The position numbers and the translations under genes were made by a program. A stretch of DNA of 64,000 nucleotides from Azolla caroliniana. Taxonomy: Eukaryota > Plantae > Polypodiophyta. The stretch spans positions 2,790,001 through 2,854,000 of the forward strand of contig JBHGNT010000010.1 of NCBI GenBank assembly GCA_043228905.1, in the 5' to 3' direction. Shown one piece after another: positions 50,020-64,000 of the stretch (the first letter of the stretch is position 1; every line of letters begins with the position of its first letter). Below the pieces are notes generated by a model. The model ran no database searches and was not told where the DNA came from. It saw only the letters and a list, made by a program, of their open reading frames with translations.

Positions 50020-52962
50020 CTATTATACTACAACTAACAACATTAACAACAACCTATCAAAGTGATTGCCTTAAGTCATATTTATACTTATATGACTTTA
50101 AGACTATTTACAAATATAGTCTTTACAGGCACACTAGAAACATATTTGCAGATATGTCCCTGGATCCGATTCACACCGGATCTCATCCGGAGGGACCGAA
50201 TTCCCAACAAACTCCCTCTTCGCTCCGGCATGGGATTTTTCATTAGTCTGATCCGTCTCCGGCATGTGCCCAATGTGTCAGCTGACAACACCTTGGTTAG
50301 CATATCCGACCCATTCTCCTCCGTGTGTATCTTCGTCAGTGCGAAGTCTGGATCTTCTACCTTCTCCCGGAGCCAATGATATCTTCTCTGGATGTGCTTG
50401 GTCTGGGAATGGTAGGCCGCGTTCTTAGCAAGGTGGATGACACTTTGGCAGTCGCAGTAGAGCCGGTATTCCTCATGTCAAATCCTTAGCTCTCCGATGA
50501 AGTCCTTCATCCAAATTACTTCCTTGTCGGCTGCCACAGCTGCCATGTACTCCGCTTCCGTTGTTGACAGTGCAACGGACTTCTGCAGCCTCGATTGCTA
50601 CGATACAACTCCCCCTGCATATGTCATGACGTATCCGGATGTGGACCGGTTGGTATCCGCATCAGCCGATATATCTGAATCCGTGAAGCCTTCCAGTTGG
50701 GGTTTATTTGAGCCGAACCGGAGGCACATACTCGAGGTGCCTTTCAAGTACCGGAGTATCCACTTGACCACGTTCCAGTGTTCTCTTCCCGGATTGCTCA
50801 TGAACCGGTTGACTACTCCAATTGCGTATCCGATATCTGGTCGAGTGCACACCATCGCGTACATCAAGCTTCCGACGGCAAAGGCATATGGTAACTTCAT
50901 CATATTCAACTTCTCTGCTTTCCAAACAACTTGTAGTTTGCTGGAAGGGTTGACTCGACTAGCTTCGCATCCGACATATTGAACCGTTTAAGCACCTTTG
51001 TCATGTACTTCTCCTGTGACAACCATAGCAATTTCTTCGTAGATTTCCGATTTTGGTTCGGTCTGGTCCAACAAATAACATGTCATCTACATACAATAGG
51101 AGTATCAAGAAGTCACCTCCGTCAAATTTCTTCACGAACACACAATGCATGGCTTGCGTCTTGTGGTACCCTTGGTCGATCATGAAGGAGTTGAACTTCC
51201 GATACCGTTGCCGGGGAGCTTGCTTCAGTCTGTATAAACTCTTCTTCAACCAACATACCAAGTGCTCCTTCCCCTTCTTCACGAAACCCTCCAGTTGCTG
51301 CATGTAGATCTCCTCCCCGAGGTCCCCGTGGAGGAATGTCGTCTTAACATCGAGTTGTTCAACCTCGAGGTCCACGCTTGCCGCTGTGCTCAACACAGTT
51401 CGGATAGATGTCATCTTTACTACCGGGGCAAAGATCTCATCGAAATCCACTCCTTTCTTCTGTTGAAAACCCTTCACCACAATCCAGGCCTTGTACCTCG
51501 GTGGATTTTTGGCGTCTCCCGGTTGCAGCTTGTACACCCACTTGTTCTATAATGCCCTCTTTCCTTTTGGCAACTCCGTTAGTCTGTATGTGTGGTTCTC
51601 ATGCAAGGAATCCATCTTGTCCTGCATGGCACTCAGCCACTTGCGGTTGTGGGTGTCTTTCTTTGTTTCTTCAAAGCTTTCCGGCTCCCCCTCATCGGTC
51701 AGCAATACATGCTCTGCATCCGGAAATCTCCGGGGGGCTCTTCTCTCTCTGAGTGGGTATCTCCATCCTTTGTCTTCAACTACCGGTTCCTCTGTTTGTT
51801 CTTCATCCGACTCCGATTTAGGTTCTTGTTCGGTTCCGATCAGTTCGTCGGTGTCAGCCGATTACCGGCTACCTTTCAGTTTTCATTGGATGATGCAGAG
51901 TTCATCACCTTCTTCTCCAACTCCACATCAATTCGATCATTTATTTGGTTGAGATTACCGAAACTTTGGTAATCTCAACCAAGTATTCGACATATGAATG
52001 GATTCGTCTTGAATGGCTGAGCAGTCGACAATTGTCCTTTCTTCCATGAAGACTATGTCTCGACTATGGAACACCTTTTTGTCGACCAGGTCCCACACTC
52101 GATAACCTAACTCATCATTGCCCTATACTAGGAATATGCATGGCCTGGACTTCGGATGCAACTTTGCTCTCTTGTCCTTTGCAACATGCACATATAAGAG
52201 ACACCCGAACACCTTCAGATGCTAGTAAGACACGTCTTTACCGGTCCATACTCTTTGTGGTGTGTCTCCTTCCAAGGGTGCCGAGGGTGATCTGTTAATC
52301 ACGTACGTCGCCGACATCAGTGCCTTAGTGCAAAACGTCTTGGGTAACTTTCCATGTGTTAGCATGCTTCGCACTCTTTCCATTATGGTCTAGTTCATCT
52401 GTTCAGCCAGCCCATTCAATTCCGGCGTCTTCGGCATGGTGAATTCGAGTCGGATTCCCTTCGACCGACAGTACTCCTCGAACTGCCCCCGGTATTCTCC
52501 TCTATTATCTGCTCGAACCGCCTTCAACGTCCAGTTGGTTCCTCTTTCCACTCTTGCATGGAGCTCCTTGAAGACGGACAACACTTGCTCCTTCGTCTTC
52601 AGTGGTGATGCCGACAGCTTCCGACTGTGGTCATCTATGAACATCATGAAGTAGTATGATCTGGCATGTGACTTTGTGTCCACTTGACACAAATCGGTAT
52701 GCACCAGCTCCAGTGGTGCATTTCGTCTCATCGGTGGCCTTGTTCGGAAGGAGGTTCGGTTTTGCTTGCTAGCCAGGTAGTCGATGCACTACTCAAGTTG
52801 CACGTCCTTTATCTCCGAAATGAGGTTGTCCTCGGTAAGTCTTTGCATCCCCTTCTGGCTCATGTGACACAACCTCTTTTGCCACAACTCACTAGTAATG
52901 TCGAATACTACGTTCACTTCTTCCCAACATATCCGGGCATGCATCAGATAAAGTGTGTTGAT

Positions 52963-55900
52963 TGTTGAGTGGCAAGCTCAACAGGAGCCAGATCGGTTGA
53001 ATAACCCGGAGCCGGTAAGCGAGACGGATCGGGCGAAACGGATCGGTATTACGGTGAGCAACCGAACTGGCAAGCAGTGGAGGCCGGGTGCAATCCGTAA
53101 CCGGAAGTACAATCAGAAGCCTAGTATAGGATAGACTACTAGGTAGCTATAGTCTCGTAGTAAGTGTCAGATGCTCGTGTGAGCATTGAAGTACATGGTA
53201 CTTCTGACAGTCCCAAGAGGACTTGTATAAATAGTGCTACTTAGCACAGTGTGTGTACAGAGTTTTGATATAATTTTGAAATTGTGTTCTGCTCTCTCTG
53301 TCTCTGTCTCTGTCTCTGTCTCTGTCTGTTGTTAACATGGTATCAGAGCGCGAGGGTTGAGAACCTCTGCTGCAGACATTTACTCTTGAGAAGAAAACCC
53401 TAACAGGTCGCAAACAGACACAGTAGAAGACATGGATAGAGGCATGGCTACGTCGCTCCCGGTGGAGAAGCTCGACAGGAGCAACTACGCATCTTGGTCT
53501 TACAAGATGCACCAGTACCTGCTTGGACACGGGTACTGGAGTTATGTCAAAGGAGCGAATGATGCGGCGCCCGACTCGGCACACAAGGACTTCCCAGTAT
53601 GGGAACAGGCGGCAAGGAGGGTGATGTACTGCTTCGCGTCCAGTGTCGGCGATCAGCTGCTCAGCCACATCCGTGACGCCAAGACACCGAAGGATGCTTG
53701 GGGGAACCTGAAAAAGGTTTTCGCCGCAAGCACCATTGCCCGGAAGCTGCATCTCAGACAGGAGTTGAGCAATGTTCGACAGAAGAACATGTCCTTGGCA
53801 GACTATACGGGCCGGATAAAGGAGATCTGCGACTCGCTCGCCTCTATCAATGTTATCGTAGAGGAAGACGAGATGGTGCAGGTATGTCTTGGAGGCCTGG
53901 CGTCCAAGTTCGGAGCGTTCCGAATTGTGGTGTGTACAAGGGAGAATACCCCCTCATTCTTCGACTTACAGTCAATGCTCCTTGTAGAGGAGAACCACGC
54001 CGGTGCATCTACCAGTGCATCCCCGGACAGCCGAATGCTGTACACGGGAACGGATCGGCTCCGTGGGTATGGTGGAAGAGGTGGGTCGGCACGCAATGGA
54101 GGCGGCCGACAAGAGCAGGAACGGAGGCACTATGAGCGTGTCGACAGCAATTCCGGGCCTTCCACAAGCAGGGGGAGTCAAGGCGGTGCCAGAGGCCGGC
54201 AAGACAAATCCGCTACGGAATGCTGGTACTGTGGCAAAAAAGGTCACAGGGAAAGCGAGTGCTGGAGAAAGCGTGCCGACTCGGACAAATCCGGATCCGG
54301 CAAGACCGGTAAGGATGGTCAGCAAAACTCGCACTACGCAAACGGATCAGGAGGATCCGGAACCGGAAAGGCCGGTAAGGGGCCAGCCTTGGTGATGAAT
54401 CACAAGGCAAACTCAATGAAGAAGACCACTTCCAAAATGGAAGAAGTGTGGTATGTTGATTCCGGCGCGTCGAACCACATGACGAGCCACAAAGAGTGTT
54501 TCTCCTTTCTGGAGAAACCGGATCAACCAGGAGTAGTCGAAACCGGAGACGACACTCCTCACCCAATCGTGCACGTCGGAGAAGTCCCTCTAAGCCACAT
54601 CGGACAGAAAGGGAAGCTGATGAACGTATTACACGTTCCGACAATCACAAAGAACCTGGTGTCCGTCGGTCAGATTGTCGACCAGGGGATGCAGGTGCGG
54701 TTTACGCACCTCAGGTGCTTCATTGAGGATGAGGGCGAAGTCATTGCGCAAGGGTGCAGAGACGAGAGGATGTTTATCCTCAACACCAATGACTTTGGCA
54801 CCGCTCTGTTCACGAATCGACAGAAGGTCGAGTCGGACAATGACCTGTGGCACAAGCGGATAGGCCACGTCAACTACCGGAGGCTTCAAGACCTGTAAAC
54901 GAAACAAGTCGTTTTCGGTTTGCCGAAGTTCAGCGGCCGGAGAGCCAAAATTTGTGAAGCCTGCCAACTTGGGAAGCAACACCGGGTTCCATTCCCCACC
55001 GAACGGAACCGGAGCCGTAACAAGCTCGATCTAATCCATTCGGATGTGTGGGGACCGGCACAAAGTGTAAGCCTTGGCGGGAGCCGGTACTTCGTCTCCT
55101 TCATCGACGACTATACTCGACATACTTGGATCTACCTCATTGAACGGAAGAGCGAAGTCTTCGACTGTTTCCGGAGCCTCCAGAAGATGGTGGAACGGGA
55201 ATCGGAGAGGAAGATCAAATGCCTTCGGTCGGATGGCGGAAAGGAATATTTTTCCAGCCAATTCACTAGTTATCTGCAGCAGAAGGGAATTCGGCGAGAG
55301 TTCAGCTGCAGATACACACCGGAGCAAAACGGTGTGGCTGAAAGGAAAAACCGGACACTCATCGAAGCGGCAAGGGCAATGCTGGAGGAGAAGAGCATGC
55401 CCCGGTTCTATTGGGCGGAGGCGGTCCGGACGGTCGTCTACATTCAAAACCGCATTGGTGACAAGGTGTCAGCTCATGAGCTGTATTTCGGGCGCAAGCC
55501 GAACTTAAGACACCTTCAGATATTCGGCAGCATAGCGTATGTGCATGTGCCGGATCAGAAGCGGAGAAAGCTGGATGCAAAATCGGAAAACTGCATCCTA
55601 GTCGGCTATGCTCAAGAGCAAAAGGGGTATAAGTGCTATAACCCCCGGACGAAGGAAGTCCGAGTTAGCCGGGATGTCAAGTTCGATGAATCGGCATCCT
55701 GGTACTCCGTACCGACTCCGACTTTCGATCCCGACCCAATGTCGGAAGATCAGGCCAGTGAGCCTGAATCAGCCCTGGCAGAGGATGATGAAGCCGGGAC
55801 TCAAGATGAGAGTCCGGAATCGTTACGGTTGAGTGGACCGAACGAGCGACTGAGTCGGTTGGACCAGTCGGATGAAGAGACGGCAAGTGGTGGAGACTCT

Positions 55901-58706
55901 ACCGTGCTCTCCCCGTGCAAGGAACCGAGGAAACGGTTCACGCGCAAAGAGAAGGGGAAGAGGAAGATGCCGGAATTCAAAACCGGCAACGATGAGTCGG
56001 ATCGGTGCGTATCCGACTCCGGAAAGGAGAAAGGCGGATCTTCGGCAACGAAGACCGAACTGGTCAAGAAGGGCCTCAAATCAGGTGACGGTGCGTTGCG
56101 CCGATCAACCCGCCAGAAGGATCCCGTCATGCGGTATGGGTACAATGAATACATGGCGCATCATTATGTGTACATGACTAAGGTAACAGAAGTGCATGAG
56201 CCGGAGAGCTACACAGAAGCGGCAAAGGACGCAAATTGGCGTGCCGCTATGGACGAAGAAATGCGGGCACTCGATGCCAACGAAACTTGGGACCTAGTTG
56301 ATCCTCCCCGTCACTGTAAACCGATCGGATGCAAGTGGGTGTACAAGGTCAAGTACAACACCGACGGTTCTGTTAACTGGTACTGGCGGTTGCTGCGGCA
56401 AGGGGGTGGCATCTTTACCAGATGGATGTGAAGAACGCCTTCCTTCAAGGCGAGCTTGAAGAAGAAGTCTTTATGACTCAGCCCCCCGGATTTCAATTGG
56501 AGATGAACAAGTCGGCGGTATGCCGACTGAAGAAGTCGCTTTACGGCTTGAAGCAAGCCCCCCGAGCTTGGAACGCGAAGATCACGCACCGATTGCGTAA
56601 GCTGGGGTTTGTTGTCTCTAAGTCGGACTCTTCGTTGTTCATCCGGCAAGGCTCTGACGGTCCGGTATGTATACTCTTGTATGTGGATGATTAAGTCATC
56701 ACCGGACCGGATCTTCCCGAAATCAACCGCGTCAAGTCCCAGTTGTCGAACGCATTCGAAATGAAGGACCTGGGGGACCTTCATTATTTTCTTGGGATCG
56801 AAGTGCTCCGGACCCCCGACGGCATATTGCTCTCACAACGACATTACGTGTTGAATATGCTGTATAAGTTCGGCATGACGGATTGTTGACCTGTCTCCAC
56901 ACCCCTGGATCGGAACCAGAAGCTCCGTCCCAACTCCGGACCGGCCTACAATGAGAAACGGTTCCGACAGGTTGTCGAAAGCCTGATCTACTTAACCATC
57001 ACCCGACCCGACATCAGCTATCCGGTCGGCATGGTAAGTCAGTTCATGCAGAAGCCGACCGTGGAGCACCTTCAGTGCGCGCAACGAATATTACGGTATG
57101 TCAGCGGCACTAAGGACCGGGGACTACTATACCGGCGAGGTATACCCGAAGAGCTTGTCGGTTACACAGATGCTGACTGGGCCGGCGATGCGTCTGATCG
57201 CCGCTCCACTTCCGGATACATGTTCTCCATAGGTAGCGCGGCCGTTGCGTGGAGCAACAAGAAGCAACCCACAGTGGCTTTGTCAAGCACTGAGGCTGAG
57301 TACCGGGCCGCGACCGTTGCCACTTGTGAAGCCATCTGGCTTCGGCGACTGCTGCGAGACTTGCGGATCGAGGTACCGACCCCGATCCCGATTTACTGCA
57401 ATAACATGAGCAGCCTGCAGCTCGCCAAGAACCTTGTATTCCATGCTCGCACAAAGCACATCGAGGTGCACTACCACTTCGTGCGTGAGCGGGGCCTGAG
57501 CGGTGAAGTTGACCTACGGTATGTTCATACAGATCGGCAAGTTGCCGACATCTTCACCAAGCCGCTCGGATCGGACAAGTTGCAGCACTTTACCGACATG
57601 CTTGGTATTCAGCATCTCGACGTGCCGCACTTGAGGAGGAGAAGCAAGGGCAAAGTCTCTACCGAAACGGGCAAAGGCCAAAAAACTGTTGAACCCGTCG
57701 GTAAGAGGAGAGCCGGAAGAAGAGGAGACAAGAAGATGAAGGAAGCCGAGTCGACGAAGGAAGTCGACATATCCGAACAGGTCGGAGCAAGCGGCTGTGA
57801 AGAAGAGTTGTGCACTCAGGAAGAGAAGTGCATGTTGTGCGAAGGTCATCACAACGGTACTGACCATGATGCGGAGTCGAATGAAGAATTCGATTTCGGT
57901 TCACCGGCTGAAGAAGCCGAGGGAAGCATGGAGAAGGCCAAGACTCGGAAGTGGTCCGATGTGGTGACAAGCCTGAAGCCGGAAGTCGAATCGGAGTGTA
58001 CCGATTCGGACAAGAGCTGGAACGAGTCAGAGACAACTGACTTGGATCAACAGATGGATCCAAATGAGTCGGATCGACTGAAGGCCAAGGGGACACGGAC
58101 ACAGCGGAAGTCGATGCCATCGTGGGAGAACCGACGGATCGGCAAGCGCCGGAGTCACAGCAACGTGAGTGCTGAGATGGGCCTATTGAGCAGACATGCC
58201 GACCGAGAGGGTCGAGGCGCGCAGAACCAAAGGGGTTGCGGCAAACGGAACCGGACCGGACGAGGAGCGCAAGCAAGGCGGAGTGACGCCAGGAGAAGTC
58301 GGTTGGAAGAACCGACTGCCACAGAGGTCGACACTACGACCCCACCTCAGGTTGAGCTTGAGGGGGAGTGTTGAGCGGCAAGCTCAACCGGAGCCGGATC
58401 GGCTGAATAAGCCGGAGCCGGTAAGCGAGACGGATTGGGCGAAACGGATCAGTATTACGGTGAGCAACCGAACCGGCAAGAAGTGGAGGCCGGGTGCAAT
58501 CCGTAACCGGAAGTCCAATTGGAAGCCTAGTATAGGATAGACTACTAGGTAGCTATAGTCTCGTAGTAAGTGTCAGATGCTCGTGTGAGCATTGAAGTAC
58601 ATGGTACTTCTGACAGTCCCAAGAGGACTTGTATAAATAGTGCTACTTAGCACAGTGTGTGTACAAAGTTTTGATATAATTTTGAAATTGCGTTCTGCTC
58701 TCTCTG

Positions 58707-58757
<51 letters not shown>

Positions 58758-58797
58758 TGTTCTCTGTTTTACGCTTCTGCAAACACTTACGTTAACA
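52963..58797 (+). mobile_element. Nested Ty1/copia retrotransposon of a different lineage
   Basis: LTRs 52963-53337 and 58369-58797 (TGTTGAG...TTAACA); TSD TTGAT; PBS TGGTATCAGAGC 53338-53349; PPT GAGGGGGAG 58360-58368. Confidence 0.95.
53432..58374 (+). pseudogene. gag-pol of the nested copia, with premature stops, an RT deletion and a long C-terminal extension
   Basis: CWYCGKKGHRESEC, DSGASNH, HSDVWGP, DGGKEY, YVDD and YTDADWAG present. Stops at ~54896, ~56692 and ~56888. The KARLVA region of RT is missing at ~56375. Confidence 0.9.
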
Positions 58798-61700
58798 TTG
58801 ATCTTCCGGGCTCGTGCCACGATCAAGCTCCCTTTGCTGAACTTGATGACTTAGTTTCGGATGTTACCCATGTAACCTTCATAATCTAGCCGACTGGCTG
58901 ATATCAAGTTCAAGCGAACCTCTGGAATATGTGGACATCCTTCAACAACAGCTTGCACCTGGTTGATGTCATCAACCACACATCTCTTATGCCGACAATT
59001 CGGCATGCACCTTCATTCCCCATCTGGACAAAACCGTGATCTCCAGCTTTGTAGGATGAGAAGCACTTCCGGTCGGGGGTCAAATGGAACGACGCTCCAG
59101 GGTCGACCACCCATGTCGTTTCGTTGCTGACAAGATGCAGCTCACTCTCCTCGGTGATTAGTAGCAGTTCTTCTTCACTTGTTGCGATTGTCGACGTTCC
59201 CTTCCGATCTGAAATCTTCTTCGGTTCCGGACCGTCGGCTCCCCTTTTGGCTTTACGGAACTGTCGGCAATTCTTCTGGAAGTGCCCCAGCTTTCTGCAC
59301 TAGAAGCAAGTGGCCCTCCCCCTTGACTTCGATCTTGTTCCCGATTTTTCCCGGTTTTGGGGACTCCAATTTCAGCCTCTTTCCCGGTTTTGGTCATCTT
59401 CCGTAACCAAAGCCTTCGAGTCGGTTCCGGATTCCCGATCCTTCCGGCGAGCTTCTTCATCTAGCAAGCTTGATTTTACCCTTGCTAGGGACAACTGCTT
59501 TCCTTGTAGCCCGACGTTGCCCAACGTGACAACTAGCGTCTCCCAACTATCTGGGAGTGAATCGAGCAGGCACAATGCAAGTACCTCGTCGGCCAGGGGT
59601 ACTTCAAAGAAAGTTGTTTGATTTATAAGCCCATGGAATACGTTCATGTGCTCCGCCATGCTGGATCTATCCTGGTACTGTAGTCTCACTAACTTCCAGA
59701 ATACCGAAACCCGATTTACAACGTTTTTGCTCTCCAACATGGTGCCGATTTTCTCCTAGAGCACATGAGCTTTACTTTCTTCATTGAAGTTGTTGTACAT
59801 GCTCGTATCAATAAAGCATTGTATGTATGCCATCGTCTTCATGTGCATCGTTTCTTGTCCCCGAATTGTACCGGTAGCTAGAGATCTTTGACCACGAGCA
59901 TGTCCCTCATCTTCGACTTCCACACTAGGTAGTTGGAGCCGATGAGCTTGAACATGCTTCCAAATGACTCTTCCATTTTCTTGTTCGCTTTGATACTAGT
60001 TTGTGCGGAATAGCGCTCGGCCACAACTGAGACTCAAACACTTTATGAAAGAACAAAACAGAAATGGAGGTTCGTACACTTACACAGAAGAGACGACACA
60101 TGATGTTACGTGGAAAGCCCTAATAGGGAAAAAACCACGGGAGCCCACATACTCCAACTATCACCATACGAGAAAGGAGGTACAACAGGAGACTTAGAGG
60201 CAAAAACCTCGAGCTCTGTATCTTTGCCAACTGGCGACTTCTCTTCTCTCTCTCTCTGTACTACTATACTACAACTAACAACAACATTAACAACAACCTA
60301 TCAAAGTGATTGCCCTAAGTCGTATTTATACTTATATGACTTCAAGACTATTTACAAATATAGCCTTTACAGGCACACCAGAAACATATTTGCAGATATG
60401 TCCCTGGATCTGGTTCACGCCGGATCTCATCCAAATCCCATCCGGAGGGACTGAATTCCCAACAACTCCTCAGTGCTCACTGAAAATTTGCAAGCTATGT
60501 TATATAAGCTATGTTCTCATCTAAGTTGTTCCGATCATGATGTTCCTATTCACAAATATGATGTCAAAGATGACACTACATTACATAATGATATGCCAAT
60601 GGAGAATGAGATTTAAAAATAATGGTGCTTAGCCTCTAAACTTTAGAGGTCATGATATAAAGCATCTCACATCGACTTAATGGCTTCTGTTTTGCTTGAT
60701 GATTTTATATATTGTTCAATATCATGAGTCATGACCTTTTATAGATGCGATATGACATATTGAGGGAAACTCCTTTCTCCTATTGTACTAATACCCTAGT
60801 TGTACTCCCGAGTCCCCATGCATGTGCCAATGTAAACTACCCCTTGCCACTTGGCCATAGTCATTGAAATAATTGTCCCAACTCCCAAGCATTCAAGTTA
60901 ATTTTATTGAGGTGTTACATAGTATCAAAATTTCCATATGATCATATCAAGCCATGAGTGAAAATTATATTTGTGCTCGTCTAAGTGGAATCATGTTTCT
61001 CGTTGACAACTATCTTTCCTTATTGCCATGGAATCTACAATGACGAATGAATCCAAGCTTGGAGCATCGTTGTTGATTCTGTTCACACTAAGGTTGTTAG
61101 GATATGTTGTCAACTATTGCATGTTGGGCATGCTTCCAACTCATGTGCTTCTTTTAGCTCTCTCCAAAGTTTCTATTTAGATGTTTCCAATGTATATTAT
61201 GGAGGCCTCCTTGCTTGAGTAATTTTCGGTCACGTTGGCCCTTTCAAAACACTAAATTCACATAGCATGAGAGTGGTAAATCAATTAGGGCTAGAATAAT
61301 TTATACCATTTATACCTAAAGAGTTACAATAGAATTACCAAAGGAGAAGTGCATAATTAGTAATCACCAAAGACTACATGGCATTGTATTATTTACGAAT
61401 CATCTAGAATGTTCAACACAGATTAAAATAACATGTTACAACATTTTGTGCACCAAGGTTTACTCTTTTACCCCAATGAACAAGAAACGTGTCACATCTT
61501 TCTACGCACCAAGGTCGACTTTTATATGTAGCGATCTATTCATGTGATAGATAGATGGAGATGAGGATGATAAAAACAAAATTGAAGCTTGAAGGGACAT
61601 GTTGGAAATAAGGTCAAGTTATGGGGATAAATATGGTGAATGAGAGTTGAATAATTAGACATTTTCAAGGAAGATTTCTCTGAAAGGCCATTGGCTTGGA

Positions 61701-62534
61701 TTTTAACTTTTACAATATGGAATTGTTAACAATGTAATTTACTAGTAACTACATAGAAAGTATACATATATCTTACTATGGTGACATGACACGTGCCTAA
61801 CTAATAAATTCACTTTATGTATGACAAAAACACAGTAAACTAGGTCCACACACACACGCACACGCACGCACATTAAAGAGTGTTCATATTGTTTAGTGGG
61901 GAAGAATCCGTTTTAGCTCTACTAGGAGTAGGCATTTTGATTATAGTCTTGGTATCATACAACATTCATGAAATACAATAGACCTTTTCAGCTTAATGTG
62001 ACCTACAATCAATATATTATAGGTTATAAACCAAATAATGATTCACCCATTCAAATGAGTTTCAGATCCAAAAAGATTTGCATGCTCCAAGATGGGGATG
62101 TGTTGTGCAAAATATTGTGTCATACTCAAACGGTAAACCTTGGTTCTCAAATATTTCCTTGTTGATATCAATCTTTTATGAAAATGTAACCTTACTAGAC
62201 AAAGAATGAACTTGATCTTGATCATGATCATGATCATGTCGTCGCCTGAGTTTTTCTCGCAGCAAATTTGCTTATTTCTCAAACGAGATGAATTAAGCTT
62301 ATTATTAATATGCTAACAAATTTCCCAATGAAAATGACGGACAAAATGTGCATTGATTATAATTAAGGAATCAAAATTAATGGCGATCTTAATATTATAT
62401 GTTGTATAGTTCATATTCATAGGGTGCCTCCTAAACGCATCAATATACTAATCGGTAGCATACATGTGTGATTTGAACTATTAGCATAAAAGATTTGGAA
62501 AAGAATTTATTAAACTATGACCTCTTGAAGGGGC

Positions 62535-64000
62535 TTATGGCTCTCCAGAATGTCTATGCATCAAGGCTTTCTTCCTTTCCAAGGATTTCTTTGACAAATA
62601 ACCTTTCACCCAAGGGGTCACATCTTCATTTAATTTGATACAAATGAAGAAAATGATACGGTAGATGAACACCATTGCTAGAATCACAGACAGATCCCAC
62701 CACTTTGATCTATTTATATCTATTTCGAAAACTTGTGTTAGTACCGAATCCCCTTCTAGGTTCGGAACTCCATTTTGATCCTCAAAGACAAGACCATGAA
62801 GATCATTTTGGGATTGACCCTATTTAGCAACAAAGAAAAAGAGAGAACACTATTACCAAAATATTTCACAACCAATTCATTCGATTAAAATGAGAAATAC
62901 CTGGATGGCCCAATAATCAAAGGCAATGTATGTAATTGGATACTTCCATACTGGTTTTGGGATATCATTTGGCAATCGAAAATATCCAGCAACTAACATG
63001 AACATCCCCTAGTACCAACAAATAATTTATCAAACAAAAATCTTGAACTAGGAGCTTATAAAATATATTGTTTACGAAGGCGAATACCTGAATTCCAGCT
63101 CCGATGATGATACCCATGAGGAAGTTCGGGACAACACTTGCAATGGCCATCATGAGGCCTTCAACAACCGAAAGACTCAAGAAAAGTGACAACATGAAGT
63201 ATAGAAAGTGAACGAATCCAGGGTGTAATCCAACCATGAAGTAACTAATGGAAGATGATATAATTGCTATGACAAGAAGGAATGGTGTAGAAGAAAGGGT
63301 GTGCCCCATGACAAAGCTAATTACTTCGTAATGCCCATTTAGTCTTTCCTTGTGGAAAACCTATGTTACCGAAAAGGTCAGAAAACAATTAACATCCATA
63401 CTATTTAATATGACGAGTATTATGAATTATTATCTTATCCATCTAGTAAAAAACATACATATTTATTAGAGTGGATGTCAATTATTCAAGGAAAACTCTC
63501 GACATATTGTCGATATCATGTATTAAGAATGTGAACTCAATGTGATTATATTATAATGTGTCATGTTTCTCTTCAGAGTGATGAAAAGGTTTTAAGACAC
63601 CAAGATGATTATTTACTCCTCAAGCTTAAGTAAATACAAAATTTAATAAACATAATGTAGGTAAGGGTAGAAAAGGATAATATTCACCCTCATGTCTTCA
63701 ACAAATGATGGAAACCCGCCTATGGACATGAAAGTCACAAAACCAAACATGAAAGCCCCACACGATCCTCTTGCCTAAAGTCATACAAATCTTATAAAGA
63801 TGTATTATACACCTCAAATCTAGGCAAAAGTATTTACCTAACAAATTATTATCAAATGGAAGTTTGGATCCACACTTACATAGAGTGCATGGTAGCTTGT
63901 GCCCACATTGTAGTAGATTGTACCCACACAAACACTGACAATGATGTAAATAACAAGGCGTAGCCAGTAATATCCCATATCCCTTGTCATGTTGGTAAAG
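62535..64000 (-). CDS. ABCG11: ABCG half-transporter (ABCG11/WBC11-like), last 5 exons: 64000-63880, 63774-63688, 63360-63088, 63008-62901, 62819-62535
   Basis: [73 protein letters not shown] and RSKWWDL present; GT-AG introns, all phase 0. Confidence 0.9.

Larger units (their letters stand above)
50218..59976 (-). pseudogene. Disrupted gag-pol of the outer copia
   Basis: Fragments (YVDDML, HTDLC, DNRGEY, DPGASFH) are collinear with 10069-14145, with many stops and frameshifts. Confidence 0.88.
49727..60464 (-). mobile_element. Degenerate Ty1/copia (Tork/Tnt1-like) host element carrying a nested insertion
   Basis: LTRs 49727-50209 and 60002-60464; TSD ACTCC; mutated PBS TAGTATCAAAGC; PPT 50210-50220. 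The empty site gttactcct is present in copy A (~35958). Confidence 0.92.
36389..60741 (+). repeat. Tandem segmental duplication, copy B (expanded by solo LTR, LINEs and nested copia elements)
   Basis: Collinear with copy A once the insertions at ~36940-38094, ~38144-41790 and 49727-60464 are removed. Confidence 0.85.

Overview
AT-rich, intron-containing land-plant genomic DNA. It is plausibly from a fern or other non-seed plant, but that is inference only. Host genes, all on the minus strand: the first coding exon of a TTM1/2-type uridine-kinase/CYTH gene, a 4-exon proline dehydrogenase, two tandem-duplicated DUF7722-type genes, and the 3' exons of an ABCG11-like half transporter. There is also a 3-exon, 129-aa small secreted-peptide precursor (24880-25605) that the ORF track misses. 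It has a signal peptide, a basic RRRK site and a C-terminal HTDY-VCADSC motif. That resembles a tyrosine-sulfated peptide hormone precursor (PSK/PSY/RGF-like), but I do not recognise the mature sequence; this is the top finding. The rest is transposon-rich: a young Ty1/copia with an intact ORF whose 5' LTR lost its TATA region, a copia nested inside another copia, two solo LTRs, several L1-like LINE relics beside (CT)n tracts (one with a twin-priming 5' inversion), tRNA-like repeats, and a ~9.4 kb tandem segmental duplication. All exon models and coordinates were read by eye.
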